From Chitinophagales bacterium (GTDB taxonomy: Bacteria > Bacteroidota > Bacteroidia > Chitinophagales > CAIODY01), in NCBI GenBank assembly GCA_026461075.1, contig JAPJNH010000164.1, positions 12,432-76,431 of the forward strand: a DNA stretch of 64,000 nucleotides. Direction: 5' to 3'. How positions within the stretch are numbered: the stretch's first letter is position 1; each line of letters begins with the position of its first letter. Below, one piece after another: positions 1-9,086 of this stretch. Below the pieces are notes generated by a model. It saw only the letters and a program-made list of their open reading frames with translations. It did no database searches and was not told where the DNA came from. The position numbers and the translations under genes are program-made.

Positions 1-1
1 C

Positions 2-553
2 TTAGCCTTGCCAGATTATATCCAATATCATCCTTTTCCAACAGGACGAAGAAGAGTTATTAAAATTATTCAAAGTGATGGAGCTGAGAGGAAAAAGGAA
101 ATAAAAAAAGCCTTCGAGGAAGAGTTGATTATGCGTAAAGACAAAGAAGTATTTCGCGCCACCCCTTATTATCCTTTTATTATGGTGGAAGGATTAAACT
201 TAATTAAAGAGTACGAAGCGGCAAGTGAAATGATTAAAATAGCAGATGAATTCTATTCACATAGCAATAATCTTTTTGTCGAACCAGGCTATCACGAATG
301 CTTTAAAATGTCGCGTGCTATCACCTATTTTCATACCGGTAAAGAAGATCAAGCAAAAATTTTAATGCAGTCGATCAACCCGCGCGACTTCGCTTTCACG
401 AATCAAAAATACTATTCCATTATGCATACCATTTTGGAAAGAGAGCTCTGCTCCGATAGCGCCAAACGTAAAAAAGAATTACTGCTCGGACGATTTCGCG
501 AATTAATCCAACAAACGAAGTACACTTACTTCAAAACACATTGGCCCACATAA
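2..553 (+). CDS. Hypothetical helical protein, 5'-truncated (frame open from the window start)
   Basis: Frame is open from position 2 to TAA at 553; helical TPR-like composition, HPFPTGR motif; followed by a terminator hairpin. Confidence 0.75.
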   Translation, partial: LALPDYIQYHPFPTGRRRVIKIIQSDGAERKKEIKKAFEEELIMRKDKEVFRATPYYPFIMVEGLNLIKEYEAASEMIKIADEFYSHSNNLFVEPGYHECFKMSRAITYFHTGKEDQAKILMQSINPRDFAFTNQKYYSIMHTILERELCSDSAKRKKELLLGRFRELIQQTKYTYFKTHWPT

Positions 554-581
554 AAAAAGCCCTTCTTTTGGAAGGGCTTTA
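552..581. terminator. Intrinsic terminator between convergent genes (best U-tract on the minus strand)
   Basis: AAAGCCCTTC-TTTTG-GAAGGGCTTT hairpin with an A7 run on its left. Confidence 0.85.
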
Positions 582-606
582 TCATTACAACGCCATAGCG
601 AAAATA

Positions 607-789
607 TTAGTGTTTGCGATCGTAAGTTACGCTCTGCTCAGATCCTTCTGGATGCGGAGAAACATAACCCTTAGAATACATGATCACGCAAGCTGTTAAA
701 AAGAATGCTAACAAGGCAGCAAAAGTAATAACAATGATATCCTTCGATTTTTGCGTGGTTTCGTCAGTGTGATGATGACCGTGTGACAT
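607..789 (-). CDS. Small (60 aa) single-pass membrane protein with His-rich N-terminus
   Basis: MSHGHHHTDE... then hydrophobic IIVITFAALLAFFLTACVIMY; own TATATTTG box at 809-816 and a downstream terminator. Start moved to ATG 789. Confidence 0.7.
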   Translation of the reverse strand: MSHGHHHTDETTQKSKDIIVITFAALLAFFLTACVIMYSKGYVSPHPEGSEQSVTYDRKH

Positions 790-808
790 GTTGTTCAATT
801 TTGTGTTA

Positions 809-816
809 CAAATATA
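809..816 (-). promoter_or_regulatory. Bacteroidota -7 promoter element
   Basis: TATATTTG on the minus strand matches TAnnTTTG, 19 nt before ATG 789. Confidence 0.65.
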
Positions 817-838
817 CAAATTTTTCTAAAAAAAAGTC

Positions 839-1405
839 TTAAACGGTCATAATTTCCTTCTCTTTCACATCCATATGCTTGTCTGCCAAAGCGATATATT
901 TATCCGTTAACGCCTGAATTTCAGCTTCATAACCCTTAGCCGCATCTTCTGCCAAACCGTCTTTCTGCAACTTCTTGATCGCCTCCATCGCATCACGACG
1001 AATATTACGAACTGCAACTTTACTATTCTCAGCAACACTCTTCGCCGACTTCACCAAGTCCTTACGACGCTCTTCCGTCAATGGAGGTAAAATCAAACGA
1101 ATCACTACGCCATCATTCATTGGAGTAACCCCCAAATTAGCCGCTAAAATAGACTTTTCGATCGGTCCTAACATGCTCTTTTCCCAAGGCTGAATCACCA
1201 AGGTACGCGCGTCTAATGTATTGATATTAGCCACTTGACTCAATGGCGTTGGCGAACCATAATATTCTACCATCAAGCCATCTACCATATTCGGACTTGC
1301 TTTGCCCGCACGTATTTTCAACAATTCCACTTCTAGGTGTTCAATTGCTTTGTGCATGCTATCTTTTGTCTCGTCGACATGCATTTTTGCTTCTTCCAAA
1401 CTCAT
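839..1405 (-). CDS. frr: Ribosome recycling factor
   Basis: IRAGKASP, VEYYGSPTPLSQVANI, PPLTEERRKDLVK, VAVRNIRRDA, KEKEIMTV motifs; start at ATG 1405 (MSLEE). Confidence 0.97.
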   Translation of the reverse strand: MSLEEAKMHVDETKDSMHKAIEHLEVELLKIRAGKASPNMVDGLMVEYYGSPTPLSQVANINTLDARTLVIQPWEKSMLGPIEKSILAANLGVTPMNDGVVIRLILPPLTEERRKDLVKSAKSVAENSKVAVRNIRRDAMEAIKKLQKDGLAEDAAKGYEAEIQALTDKYIALADKHMDVKEKEIMTV

Positions 1406-1502
1406 TTTGTTAAATTTTGAAAGACAAAATAGCAACAATTTGTTGTAGACTGCAAATAATTTGAGAACAATCTCAACACACATCACTTATCTTTACAGCA
1501 TT

Positions 1503-2078
1503 ATGCATGAAATTGAGCCTTTTTATAACTGGCTGGATTACTACAATTCAGAAGAGGATGAAAAAAGTCCTTTTTATGGTACTGAACATAGTGAATTTGA
1601 ATTCAGCAATACCATCTATAACTTCTATGTGCATCCGCAATGGGATAGCTTCGGCGCGGAAAATTTATACATCAAAATACTATTTGCAGACTACGCTAAA
1701 CATTTCATGGTCATTGAAATGATTGGTGAATGGAATGATTGTATCACGAACGATATCATGACCTTCAAACGTGATTTTATCGACCCTTTCATCGAACATG
1801 GTATTTACAAGTTTATTTTGATTGGCGAAAACGTTCTCAATTTCCATTATAGCGACGATTGCTATTATGAAGAATGGTATGAGGATATTCGTGATAATGG
1901 TGGTTGGATCGCAGCCCTCAATTTCAGAGAACATGTTTTGGAAGAAATGCGCAGAGCAGGCATACATCACTATGTGCTGATGAACAATCCAGATGAGGAG
2001 ATATTATGGCGCAACCAAAAGCCCTTTACCTTCCATAAGTTGATCGAAGAGAATCTGATGCCACGTTTACTCCCCTAA
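1503..2078 (+). CDS. Conserved-looking acidic hypothetical protein
   Basis: Clean 191-aa ORF from ATG 1503 (MHEIEPFYNW...IYNFYVHPQWD...IGEWND), TATCTTTA box just upstream. Confidence 0.85.
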   Translation: MHEIEPFYNWLDYYNSEEDEKSPFYGTEHSEFEFSNTIYNFYVHPQWDSFGAENLYIKILFADYAKHFMVIEMIGEWNDCITNDIMTFKRDFIDPFIEHGIYKFILIGENVLNFHYSDDCYYEEWYEDIRDNGGWIAALNFREHVLEEMRRAGIHHYVLMNNPDEEILWRNQKPFTFHKLIEENLMPRLLP

Positions 2079-2106
2079 GCCGTTAGGATTTCTTATCTTC
2101 GCGACA

Positions 2107-3525
2107 ATGTCAGCGATTGTATTTACGGATTTTGAACGCGAGCTATTTACCAGAATTGGTCAATGCGCCGATACTTTAAACTACCCCTGCTTTATAATGG
2201 GCGGCTTTGTCCGTGATAAATTATTACATCGACCAACCAAAGATATGGACATCATGGTCGTAGGCAGTGGTGTACACTTTGCTGAAACCTTGAAGGAGAA
2301 AGAATTTCCAAACGGTCATTTATCTGTCTATCGCAATTTCGGTACCGCCTTAATCAAAGAAGAAGGATTAGAAATTGAATTCGTAGGCGCACGAAAAGAA
2401 TCATATAGAAGTAATTCCCGCAAGCCAATCGTAGAAGAAGGTAGCATGGAAGACGATCTAAGTCGCCGTGATTTCACTATCAACGCGATGGGAATTTGTC
2501 TCAATCAAGACCGCTTCGGAGAATTGGTTGATCTCTTCGAAGGCCAAAAAGATCTACAAGATCAAATCATCCGTACTCCCTTAGAGCCTGTCATTACTTT
2601 CTCAGACGACCCGCTACGCATGCTTCGTGCTATCCGCTTCGCCACACGCCTTGGCTTTCAAATTGAAGAAAATACCTGGAAAGGAATTTGTGAAAGCGCA
2701 GAACGTATTAAAATAATTTCACAAGAACGTATTAGCGACGAGCTGAACAAAATCATCCTCTGTGGTCGTCCATCACGAGGCTTTGAACTTTTAGATCAAT
2801 GCGGATTACTACAACATATCTTTCCTGAATTCGTCGCCCTAAAAGGCGCGGAATATGTAGATGGAAAAGGACATAAAGATAATTTCACGCACACCCTACA
2901 AGTGCTCGATAATATCTGTTTAGCTACCGACGACCTCTGGCTTCGTTGGGCCGCTATTCTACATGATATCGCTAAACCAGCCACAAAGCGTTTTGATAAA
3001 AAAGTAGGCTGGACCTTCCACGGTCACGAAGTCGTAGGCGCACGTATGGTCCCGAAAATATTTGGTCGACTGAAACTACCACTCGACGAAAAAATGCGCT
3101 TCGTTAAAAAATTGGTGTTCCTCCACCTACGCCCGATTTCACTCACTAAGGACAATATCACGGATAGCGCAATCCGTCGTTTATTATTCGAAGCAGGCGA
3201 AGATATCGATCACTTAATGAAATTATGCGAATCAGATATCACTTCGAAAAATCGACAAAAAGTGATTCGCTACCTCGAGAATTTTGAATTAGTGAAACAG
3301 CGCATGAAAGAGGTGGAAGAAAAAGATCATCTCCGTAATTGGCAGCCTCCTGTGAGCGGAGAACTTATTATGAAAACCTTCAAAATCAATCCAGGACCAA
3401 TTGTTGGAAGAATCAAAGATGAAATCCGTGAACAGATTTTAGATGGTAAGATTCCTAATACCTATGAAGCAGCTGTAGCACTCATGCATAAACTTGCGGC
3501 AGCAGAAGGTGTGGTAGTTCGCTAA
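2107..3525 (+). CDS. cca: CCA tRNA nucleotidyltransferase (poly(A) polymerase family, HD domain)
   Basis: GGFVRD, DMD, RRDFTINA, DDPLRMLRAIRF, LHDIAKP motifs. Confidence 0.93.
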   Translation: MSAIVFTDFERELFTRIGQCADTLNYPCFIMGGFVRDKLLHRPTKDMDIMVVGSGVHFAETLKEKEFPNGHLSVYRNFGTALIKEEGLEIEFVGARKESYRSNSRKPIVEEGSMEDDLSRRDFTINAMGICLNQDRFGELVDLFEGQKDLQDQIIRTPLEPVITFSDDPLRMLRAIRFATRLGFQIEENTWKGICESAERIKIISQERISDELNKIILCGRPSRGFELLDQCGLLQHIFPEFVALKGAEYVDGKGHKDNFTHTLQVLDNICLATDDLWLRWAAILHDIAKPATKRFDKKVGWTFHGHEVVGARMVPKIFGRLKLPLDEKMRFVKKLVFLHLRPISLTKDNITDSAIRRLLFEAGEDIDHLMKLCESDITSKNRQKVIRYLENFELVKQRMKEVEEKDHLRNWQPPVSGELIMKTFKINPGPIVGRIKDEIREQILDGKIPNTYEAAVALMHKLAAAEGVVVR

Positions 3526-3526
3526 T

Positions 3527-4309
3527 ATGAACAAAACAGAAAAAGCCATAAAAGTATTACTGGATCGCGCACTTGAAAACTATGCGCACGCCGGATTCAT
3601 TGACGCCGACCCTATCCAAATCCCACATCGCTTTTCCCTAAAACAAGACATAGAAATCGCAGGTCTTTTTGCCGCACTCTTTGCTTGGGGCCAACGAAAA
3701 ACCATCATTGCGAAATGTACCGAGCTGATGCAGCGCATGGACAATGCGCCCTACGACTTCGTACTAAATCACTCCGCAACGGAACTAAAGAAGCTAGAGA
3801 ACTTTGTACATCGCACCTTTAACAGTACCGATTTACTTTACACCATCAATTTTCTGCATCGACATTATAGTAAGCATGCAAGCTTAGAAGTTGCTTTTGT
3901 GCCGGAGACGAAATATCTATCAAACGATACAGGCAACGCTTTAATTCAATTTCACCACCATTTTACTAAAAACGAATACTTTCCAAAACGCACAGAAAAA
4001 CACATCGCTTCGCCTGCAAAGGGTTCGTCTTGTAAGAGGCTGAATATGTACCTCCGTTGGATGTGCCGCACGAATGCAGAAGGCATAGATTTTCAACTCT
4101 GGAACAAAATCAAACCACATCAACTTGTTTGTCCCTTAGATGTCCATGTAATGCGCGTTTCAGAGAAAATCGGCTTATGTACCTTTGAAAGCAATGCTTG
4201 GGAAAACGCCTTAAAACTGAGCAATAAACTAAAACAATTCGACCCTCAAGATCCAATCAAATACGATCTCGCGTTATTTAGTCTGGGTGCCGACGGCTTG
4301 TACAAATAA
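3527..4309 (+). CDS. TIGR02757/DUF2400 family protein
   Basis: DPIQIPHRF, SSCKRLNMYLRWM, PLDVHV, DPQDPIKYDLALF motifs. Confidence 0.88.
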   Translation: MNKTEKAIKVLLDRALENYAHAGFIDADPIQIPHRFSLKQDIEIAGLFAALFAWGQRKTIIAKCTELMQRMDNAPYDFVLNHSATELKKLENFVHRTFNSTDLLYTINFLHRHYSKHASLEVAFVPETKYLSNDTGNALIQFHHHFTKNEYFPKRTEKHIASPAKGSSCKRLNMYLRWMCRTNAEGIDFQLWNKIKPHQLVCPLDVHVMRVSEKIGLCTFESNAWENALKLSNKLKQFDPQDPIKYDLALFSLGADGLYK

Positions 4310-4332
4310 ACATTTTCGCGTAGCTTAGACCT

Positions 4333-5262
4333 ATGCGTAAACTACTATTCATTTTACTACTTGCTGTGTCTTTCAAAAATTTCGCACAGCCTTTACCGAC
4401 CACAAAAATATTATTCTTCCCAGTCACCTATTCGCCGAACTATAACATCTTCATGTTAAGCGAACCCTTGAACCTGACGAGCTTTCACGGCTATAACAAT
4501 CAACCAAGCTTTCATGCGAATGGCAGTCAGGTGGATTACGTTTCTATACGCGAAGATAAACAAGCCGATATTTATCGCTACGATTTCAAAGCACAGCAAA
4601 CGCAACGAATCACCAATACCACCACCTATAAAGAATACTCGCCGCGATGGTCGGCCGACGAAAAATCATTTACCGTTGTTCGTGTAGAACCCGACGACAG
4701 CACACAATATTTATGGCGTTATAATGCCGATGGAACTCCGGCACAACAACTCTCCAAGGCCAATCCTGTTGGCTATTATACACCTTTCAACAAAAACTAT
4801 TTTGGTCTTTTTGTATTAAACAAAAAAGGAGGCGACCTCTACATTTTAGATAGCAAAGGAAGAGTAAAAAAAGTAGATGAAAACATTGGTCGATGCTTAT
4901 TACCAATTCACAATAAAGAAACAGATACCACCTTTTACTATGTAAGTAAAAAGCCTTACCCAGATTCTAATTATCATATCATGCAATGCACGCCTCGTGG
5001 AAAGATACGTCAGGTAGGCATTTTTCCTAAAGGCATCGAAGATTTCTGTATCGGGCCGAATGGTATGTTGTGTTTTGGCTACGAGCATAAGCTGTACGCC
5101 TTACCTATCGGAGACGGCAAGATTCATTCCTTAACAGAAGCATACTTCATCGCTGATTTCAGTACGAAGCCGTGGGCTAATTTCTATCGCTTAAATTATT
5201 ACGAAGAAAAGCCTGGTGCAGGATATTTCACCGTAGTAGTATATGAAGGCGAAAAGCCTTAA
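4333..5262 (+). CDS. Secreted TolB/PD40-like beta-propeller protein
   Basis: Signal peptide; GYNNQPSF, QADIYRYD, EYSPRWS WD40/PD40-like repeats. Confidence 0.72.
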   Translation: MRKLLFILLLAVSFKNFAQPLPTTKILFFPVTYSPNYNIFMLSEPLNLTSFHGYNNQPSFHANGSQVDYVSIREDKQADIYRYDFKAQQTQRITNTTTYKEYSPRWSADEKSFTVVRVEPDDSTQYLWRYNADGTPAQQLSKANPVGYYTPFNKNYFGLFVLNKKGGDLYILDSKGRVKKVDENIGRCLLPIHNKETDTTFYYVSKKPYPDSNYHIMQCTPRGKIRQVGIFPKGIEDFCIGPNGMLCFGYEHKLYALPIGDGKIHSLTEAYFIADFSTKPWANFYRLNYYEEKPGAGYFTVVVYEGEKP

Positions 5263-5263
5263 A

Positions 5264-5959
5264 CTACATTTTTAACAACATAGGACGTAACTCTAAATCT
5301 ACAGGAAGTAGATTGGCAGGCGTTTTCAAACAATACACGACTCCGTTAGCAATGTCTTCTGCTTGCATGAAATTGTCGTTCACCTGAACGGTAGGATAAT
5401 GCACAAAGAAATCCGTTTTCACTGATCCTGGATAGATACAGGTAACTTTTACATTGAATGGACGAGCCTCTTTAAATAATGACGAAGAGAAGCCTCTTAC
5501 GGCGTGTTTGGAAGCACAATAAACAGAACCCTCCGGAATACCATTAGTGGCAGCTATGGAGGCTATATTAACGATATGACCTAGCTTACGCTCCTTCATA
5601 TGAGGTAATACCACTTTCGTCACGAAGAACACACCCATCACATTGGTCTGCATCATTTCCGTCATCTCTTCAATCGTCAACTCATCGAATATTCTGAAAT
5701 AGCCTAGACCAGCATTGTTTACCAATACATCAATACCTGCCGGAGCAAGTGTTAAGGTGGCTTGCATGGCAGCTTCTACCGAAGCGAAATTCCCTACATC
5801 ACATTTTACAAAATGAAATTGCGCATGACTTAAATTGGCAGGCGCGGTTCTACCCCATCCTATCACCGTTATTCCTTGCGCTAATAAAGCTTCTGCCGTT
5901 GCTAATCCAATTCCTTTGCTGACGCCAGTTACAATGGCTGTTTTGTTATTTAATTCCAT
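5264..5959 (-). CDS. SDR family NAD(P)-dependent oxidoreductase
   Basis: TGVSKGIG, VLVNNAG, YCASK catalytic motif. Confidence 0.95.
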   Translation of the reverse strand: MELNNKTAIVTGVSKGIGLATAEALLAQGITVIGWGRTAPANLSHAQFHFVKCDVGNFASVEAAMQATLTLAPAGIDVLVNNAGLGYFRIFDELTIEEMTEMMQTNVMGVFFVTKVVLPHMKERKLGHIVNIASIAATNGIPEGSVYCASKHAVRGFSSSLFKEARPFNVKVTCIYPGSVKTDFFVHYPTVQVNDNFMQAEDIANGVVYCLKTPANLLPVDLELRPMLLKM

Positions 5960-5992
5960 ATTGCAAATGTAGAAAAGCTTAGCACATAAAAC

Positions 5993-6024
5993 AAAAAACC
6001 CCTTCCTTTTCAGGAAGGGGTTTT
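5993..6024 (-). terminator. Intrinsic terminator of the Omp28-like gene
   Basis: Minus strand AAAACCCCTTCCT-GAAA-AGGAAGGGGTTTTTT. Confidence 0.88.
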
Positions 6025-6045
6025 AAAATATCGTTCGTTCTAAGA

Positions 6046-8043
6046 TTACTTAGTAACGTTCAAGTTTTTAACGTAAGTAACGCCATTCACTGTTAATGCT
6101 ACGAAGTAAGCACCAGCAGTCATGTTGTCAGTGTTAACTTTAACTTGCGTAGCACCATTTACATTACCCAAGTTTTGTTGGTAAGCAACTTGACCAGAGA
6201 AATTGTAAACAGAAACATAAGCTTTACCGTTAGCGTTGAAGTTAACGTTAACATCACCACCATTTACTAAGTTTGGAACCACGTTCATGTTGATGTCAGC
6301 AGCTTCAACAGCGTCAACACCAGTTGTGTAATGGAACTTAGTTTCGCTAGCATTGTAAACAACACCAGTTTGAGCATCAATAGCCATGATAACGATGTGC
6401 ATGTTATCTTGGTTTTGAGTAGCAGGAATAGTATAGTTGAAAGTATGTGTAGCAGTATAACCGTCTACGATTGGACCAGCAACAGAACCAGCATCACCAT
6501 TGTAGTTACCGTTCAATAATGCACGGCCAACGTGATCGTAAGACATACTTGCAGCAGGAACCGGAGATGGTTCAGTTTGCCAGTTATGACCAGCACCGTT
6601 CAATACTTGGTTAGCTTGAGTTGAAGAGTAGTAGTTAGTTTGGTTATAACCAGCGTCAGTACCTTTAACATCATCTTCTACCATTACAGCCAACAAGTTG
6701 ATTGTATTAGAGATAGTTGTTTTGAAAGTAGCAGAAGCATTGATTGTCAACGCGCGAGTAGACTTGTTGAAAGTCATGTTACAACTAGTAGCAACTGGAG
6801 CTACCAAAGTAGATAAAACTGAGTAGTAGTTATCGAATGCAGTGTTAGAAACACTTTCACCCAACAATAAACGATCGATGTTAGCACCAGGGAAACCTGA
6901 GAAGGCAGCACCATTATCGTAGTCAGTTACAGTCATTGGATCACCATTGTGAACAGCGATACCGATGAAAGTACCATCAGTGTGTTTGTTGTCCATGTAT
7001 TCCATAGCAACTGCACCACGTGGGCACCATCCACACCAAGTACCTGTACCTTCTTCAAATACAGTATTTTTAGTTGGAGGAGTTGCAACAGTAGAAATAA
7101 CTGCAGAAGCAGCATTGTTAGTGATATCACTTTCAGTTGCACCACCGTTTACAGAAGTAACAGCAGCGTTGATTGTGTATTCACCAGTCATTGACTTATT
7201 GAAAGGAATTGTATGGTTAAAAGTATACGTTCCATAAGGAGCCAAGTTCAAAGCGCTGAAAGTAGCTGAATTTGGAGCACCACCATCTGTCCAAGAGATA
7301 GTCAAATCATTGATAGGAGCACCGTTATTGTAAACATCACCACTAATAGTTACGTTAGTGTTAGTTTTTTCGAAACGGAATTGGCTCAAACCAACCATTT
7401 GTGCATCAATGTTAGTGATTGAAGTTACGTTGATATCATCAACCCACAAGATGTACATATCGTTAGATTTGTTAACGAAAGCAACATTGATAGTTTGTCC
7501 TGCATAAGCAGCCAAGCTAATAGCGTGCTTTACAAAACCATTACTACTTTCAGCAGAGATGCTTGTTAAAGTAGAAGTAAAGTTTGCTGTAGAAGCTGCA
7601 CCAGTTGTAGAAATCATTACATCATAACCATCAGGAAACTGAGGATCCAATGCAATAGCTTCCCATACTAAGTAATCAGTAGCACCAGGAGTGAAAGATG
7701 GAGACATCATCCAGTCGTTTGATTGACCAGCAGTGCTATACCAAGAAATTGATTGAGCAACAGTATCAAAAGTTGTACCTGCAGAATTTGTAGCGAAACG
7801 GCGAGAAATCCAACCGTTAGTACCCATGTAAGCTAAGTCAGCTTGTGTTGTAGAATAAGGAGTTTTACCATCTAAGCTGATTTGAGACCAACCTGTTGGC
7901 ATACCACCAATAGTTACAGTACCACCGGTAGCCGTAGTAACTGTGTTTAATGTCAATCCTGAGAAGGATTCGCTCAATTGCGCACTAGCAGCGAAAGGCA
8001 ACATGGCACACAATAGAGAAAGAAGACGTAGATTCTTTTTCAT
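6046..8043 (-). CDS. T9SS type-A sorted protein: cleaved-adhesin (choice-of-anchor J)-like domain plus Omp28-related thioredoxin-fold domain
   Basis: Signal peptide; NDWMMSP...WVDDI adhesin motif; FEEGTGTWCGWCPRG, IAVHNGDPM, YDHVGR (Omp28); C-terminal VPNL...VYNFSGQ...GAYFV CTD. Confidence 0.88.
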   Translation of the reverse strand: MKKNLRLLSLLCAMLPFAASAQLSESFSGLTLNTVTTATGGTVTIGGMPTGWSQISLDGKTPYSTTQADLAYMGTNGWISRRFATNSAGTTFDTVAQSISWYSTAGQSNDWMMSPSFTPGATDYLVWEAIALDPQFPDGYDVMISTTGAASTANFTSTLTSISAESSNGFVKHAISLAAYAGQTINVAFVNKSNDMYILWVDDINVTSITNIDAQMVGLSQFRFEKTNTNVTISGDVYNNGAPINDLTISWTDGGAPNSATFSALNLAPYGTYTFNHTIPFNKSMTGEYTINAAVTSVNGGATESDITNNAASAVISTVATPPTKNTVFEEGTGTWCGWCPRGAVAMEYMDNKHTDGTFIGIAVHNGDPMTVTDYDNGAAFSGFPGANIDRLLLGESVSNTAFDNYYSVLSTLVAPVATSCNMTFNKSTRALTINASATFKTTISNTINLLAVMVEDDVKGTDAGYNQTNYYSSTQANQVLNGAGHNWQTEPSPVPAASMSYDHVGRALLNGNYNGDAGSVAGPIVDGYTATHTFNYTIPATQNQDNMHIVIMAIDAQTGVVYNASETKFHYTTGVDAVEAADINMNVVPNLVNGGDVNVNFNANGKAYVSVYNFSGQVAYQQNLGNVNGATQVKVNTDNMTAGAYFVALTVNGVTYVKNLNVTK

Positions 8044-8140
8044 TGTTAATCAAATTTGTTTTAGGGTAGCAAAATAGGGAAAAATTGACAAATTCCTAAC
8101 AATTCTATGAATTTTTAGAAACGTTTTTAACAGTTTTTCG

Positions 8141-8148
8141 TATATTTG
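8141..8148 (+). promoter_or_regulatory. Bacteroidota -7 promoter element
   Basis: TATATTTG, 16 nt before ATG 8165. Confidence 0.65.
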
Positions 8149-8164
8149 AACAAACCTCTTAACA

Positions 8165-8896
8165 ATGAAGCTAAAAATAACACTCGTATTGGCTTTGGTA
8201 CTGGCGTCCGCTTTTTCTCTCCGTGCGAATGCGCAAAGCATCTCTTTTACTGATAATGGCTCAGCTACTTATGTCTCTGGTTATAACTCTGATTATGATG
8301 TGGCAATTTTAGATACATTAAAGAGTACCTACTCTGCAAACAAGCAAGTAACCTGGTCGGTCGTTAAATTAAGCGGTCCTTCACAATGGTCATTTACCAA
8401 TTGTGATCCAGCTTCTTGCTATTCAGCACAATCGCCTTATAACTATTTAAGTAACTCTAATACAAATACACCTTGGGCTATCGCTCCAAATGCATCAGGC
8501 ACATTCACATTCCACGTGGTATTACGTAATATCGCTGGTAATGGCGTGTATAAATTAACAGCTTGGGTTGATGGTGACAGCGTAAACACTGCAGTAAGCA
8601 GAATGCTAAATATTACAGTAACGCAAGCCGTTGGTATCAGCAAAATCAGCGCTCCGGAAGTTAAGCTTTACCCAATTCCAGCAAATGATATTTTAAATGT
8701 AGATTTAAACAATTTCAACGATGCGAAACGTGTTGAAGTTTATAACCTAATTGGTGCTAAAATGGGCTCTTACCCTGTAGATGGAGATAGCAACAATAGC
8801 ATTCCTGTGAACAACTTAAATCCAGGGATGTATTTCGTAAAAGTGATGGATTCTCGCAGTGGTATTCTTACCACTAAGACTTTCCAAAAACGTTAA
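8165..8896 (+). CDS. T9SS type-A sorting domain protein (Ig-like domain plus CTD)
   Basis: Signal peptide; LYPIPAND...VYNLIG...LNPGMYFVKV CTD. Confidence 0.9.
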   Translation: MKLKITLVLALVLASAFSLRANAQSISFTDNGSATYVSGYNSDYDVAILDTLKSTYSANKQVTWSVVKLSGPSQWSFTNCDPASCYSAQSPYNYLSNSNTNTPWAIAPNASGTFTFHVVLRNIAGNGVYKLTAWVDGDSVNTAVSRMLNITVTQAVGISKISAPEVKLYPIPANDILNVDLNNFNDAKRVEVYNLIGAKMGSYPVDGDSNNSIPVNNLNPGMYFVKVMDSRSGILTTKTFQKR

Positions 8897-8911
8897 GACT
8901 TATAATTCACT

Positions 8912-8945
8912 AAAAATCCCCTTCCAAAAGAAGGGGATTTTTTTT
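8912..8945. terminator. Bidirectional intrinsic terminator
   Basis: AAAAATCCCCTTC-CAAAA-GAAGGGGATTTTTTTT. Confidence 0.9.
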
Positions 8946-9086
8946 GCCCTATACGTACCTAATTCTTTATGAATTAATAGCGTTTAACATTGGAAAGATA
9001 GCTCATGCTATCAATTTATTAATGCGCAAAATATACGCTGCCGAAGCACTTTTGATGTAAGCTTCAAGCTTCACTTCTGAACCCTT

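Noticed and set aside
8507-8522. parS-like palindrome core TTCCACGTGG
   Set aside because: The outer arms do not match TGTTCCACGTGGAACA, and it lies inside a CDS.
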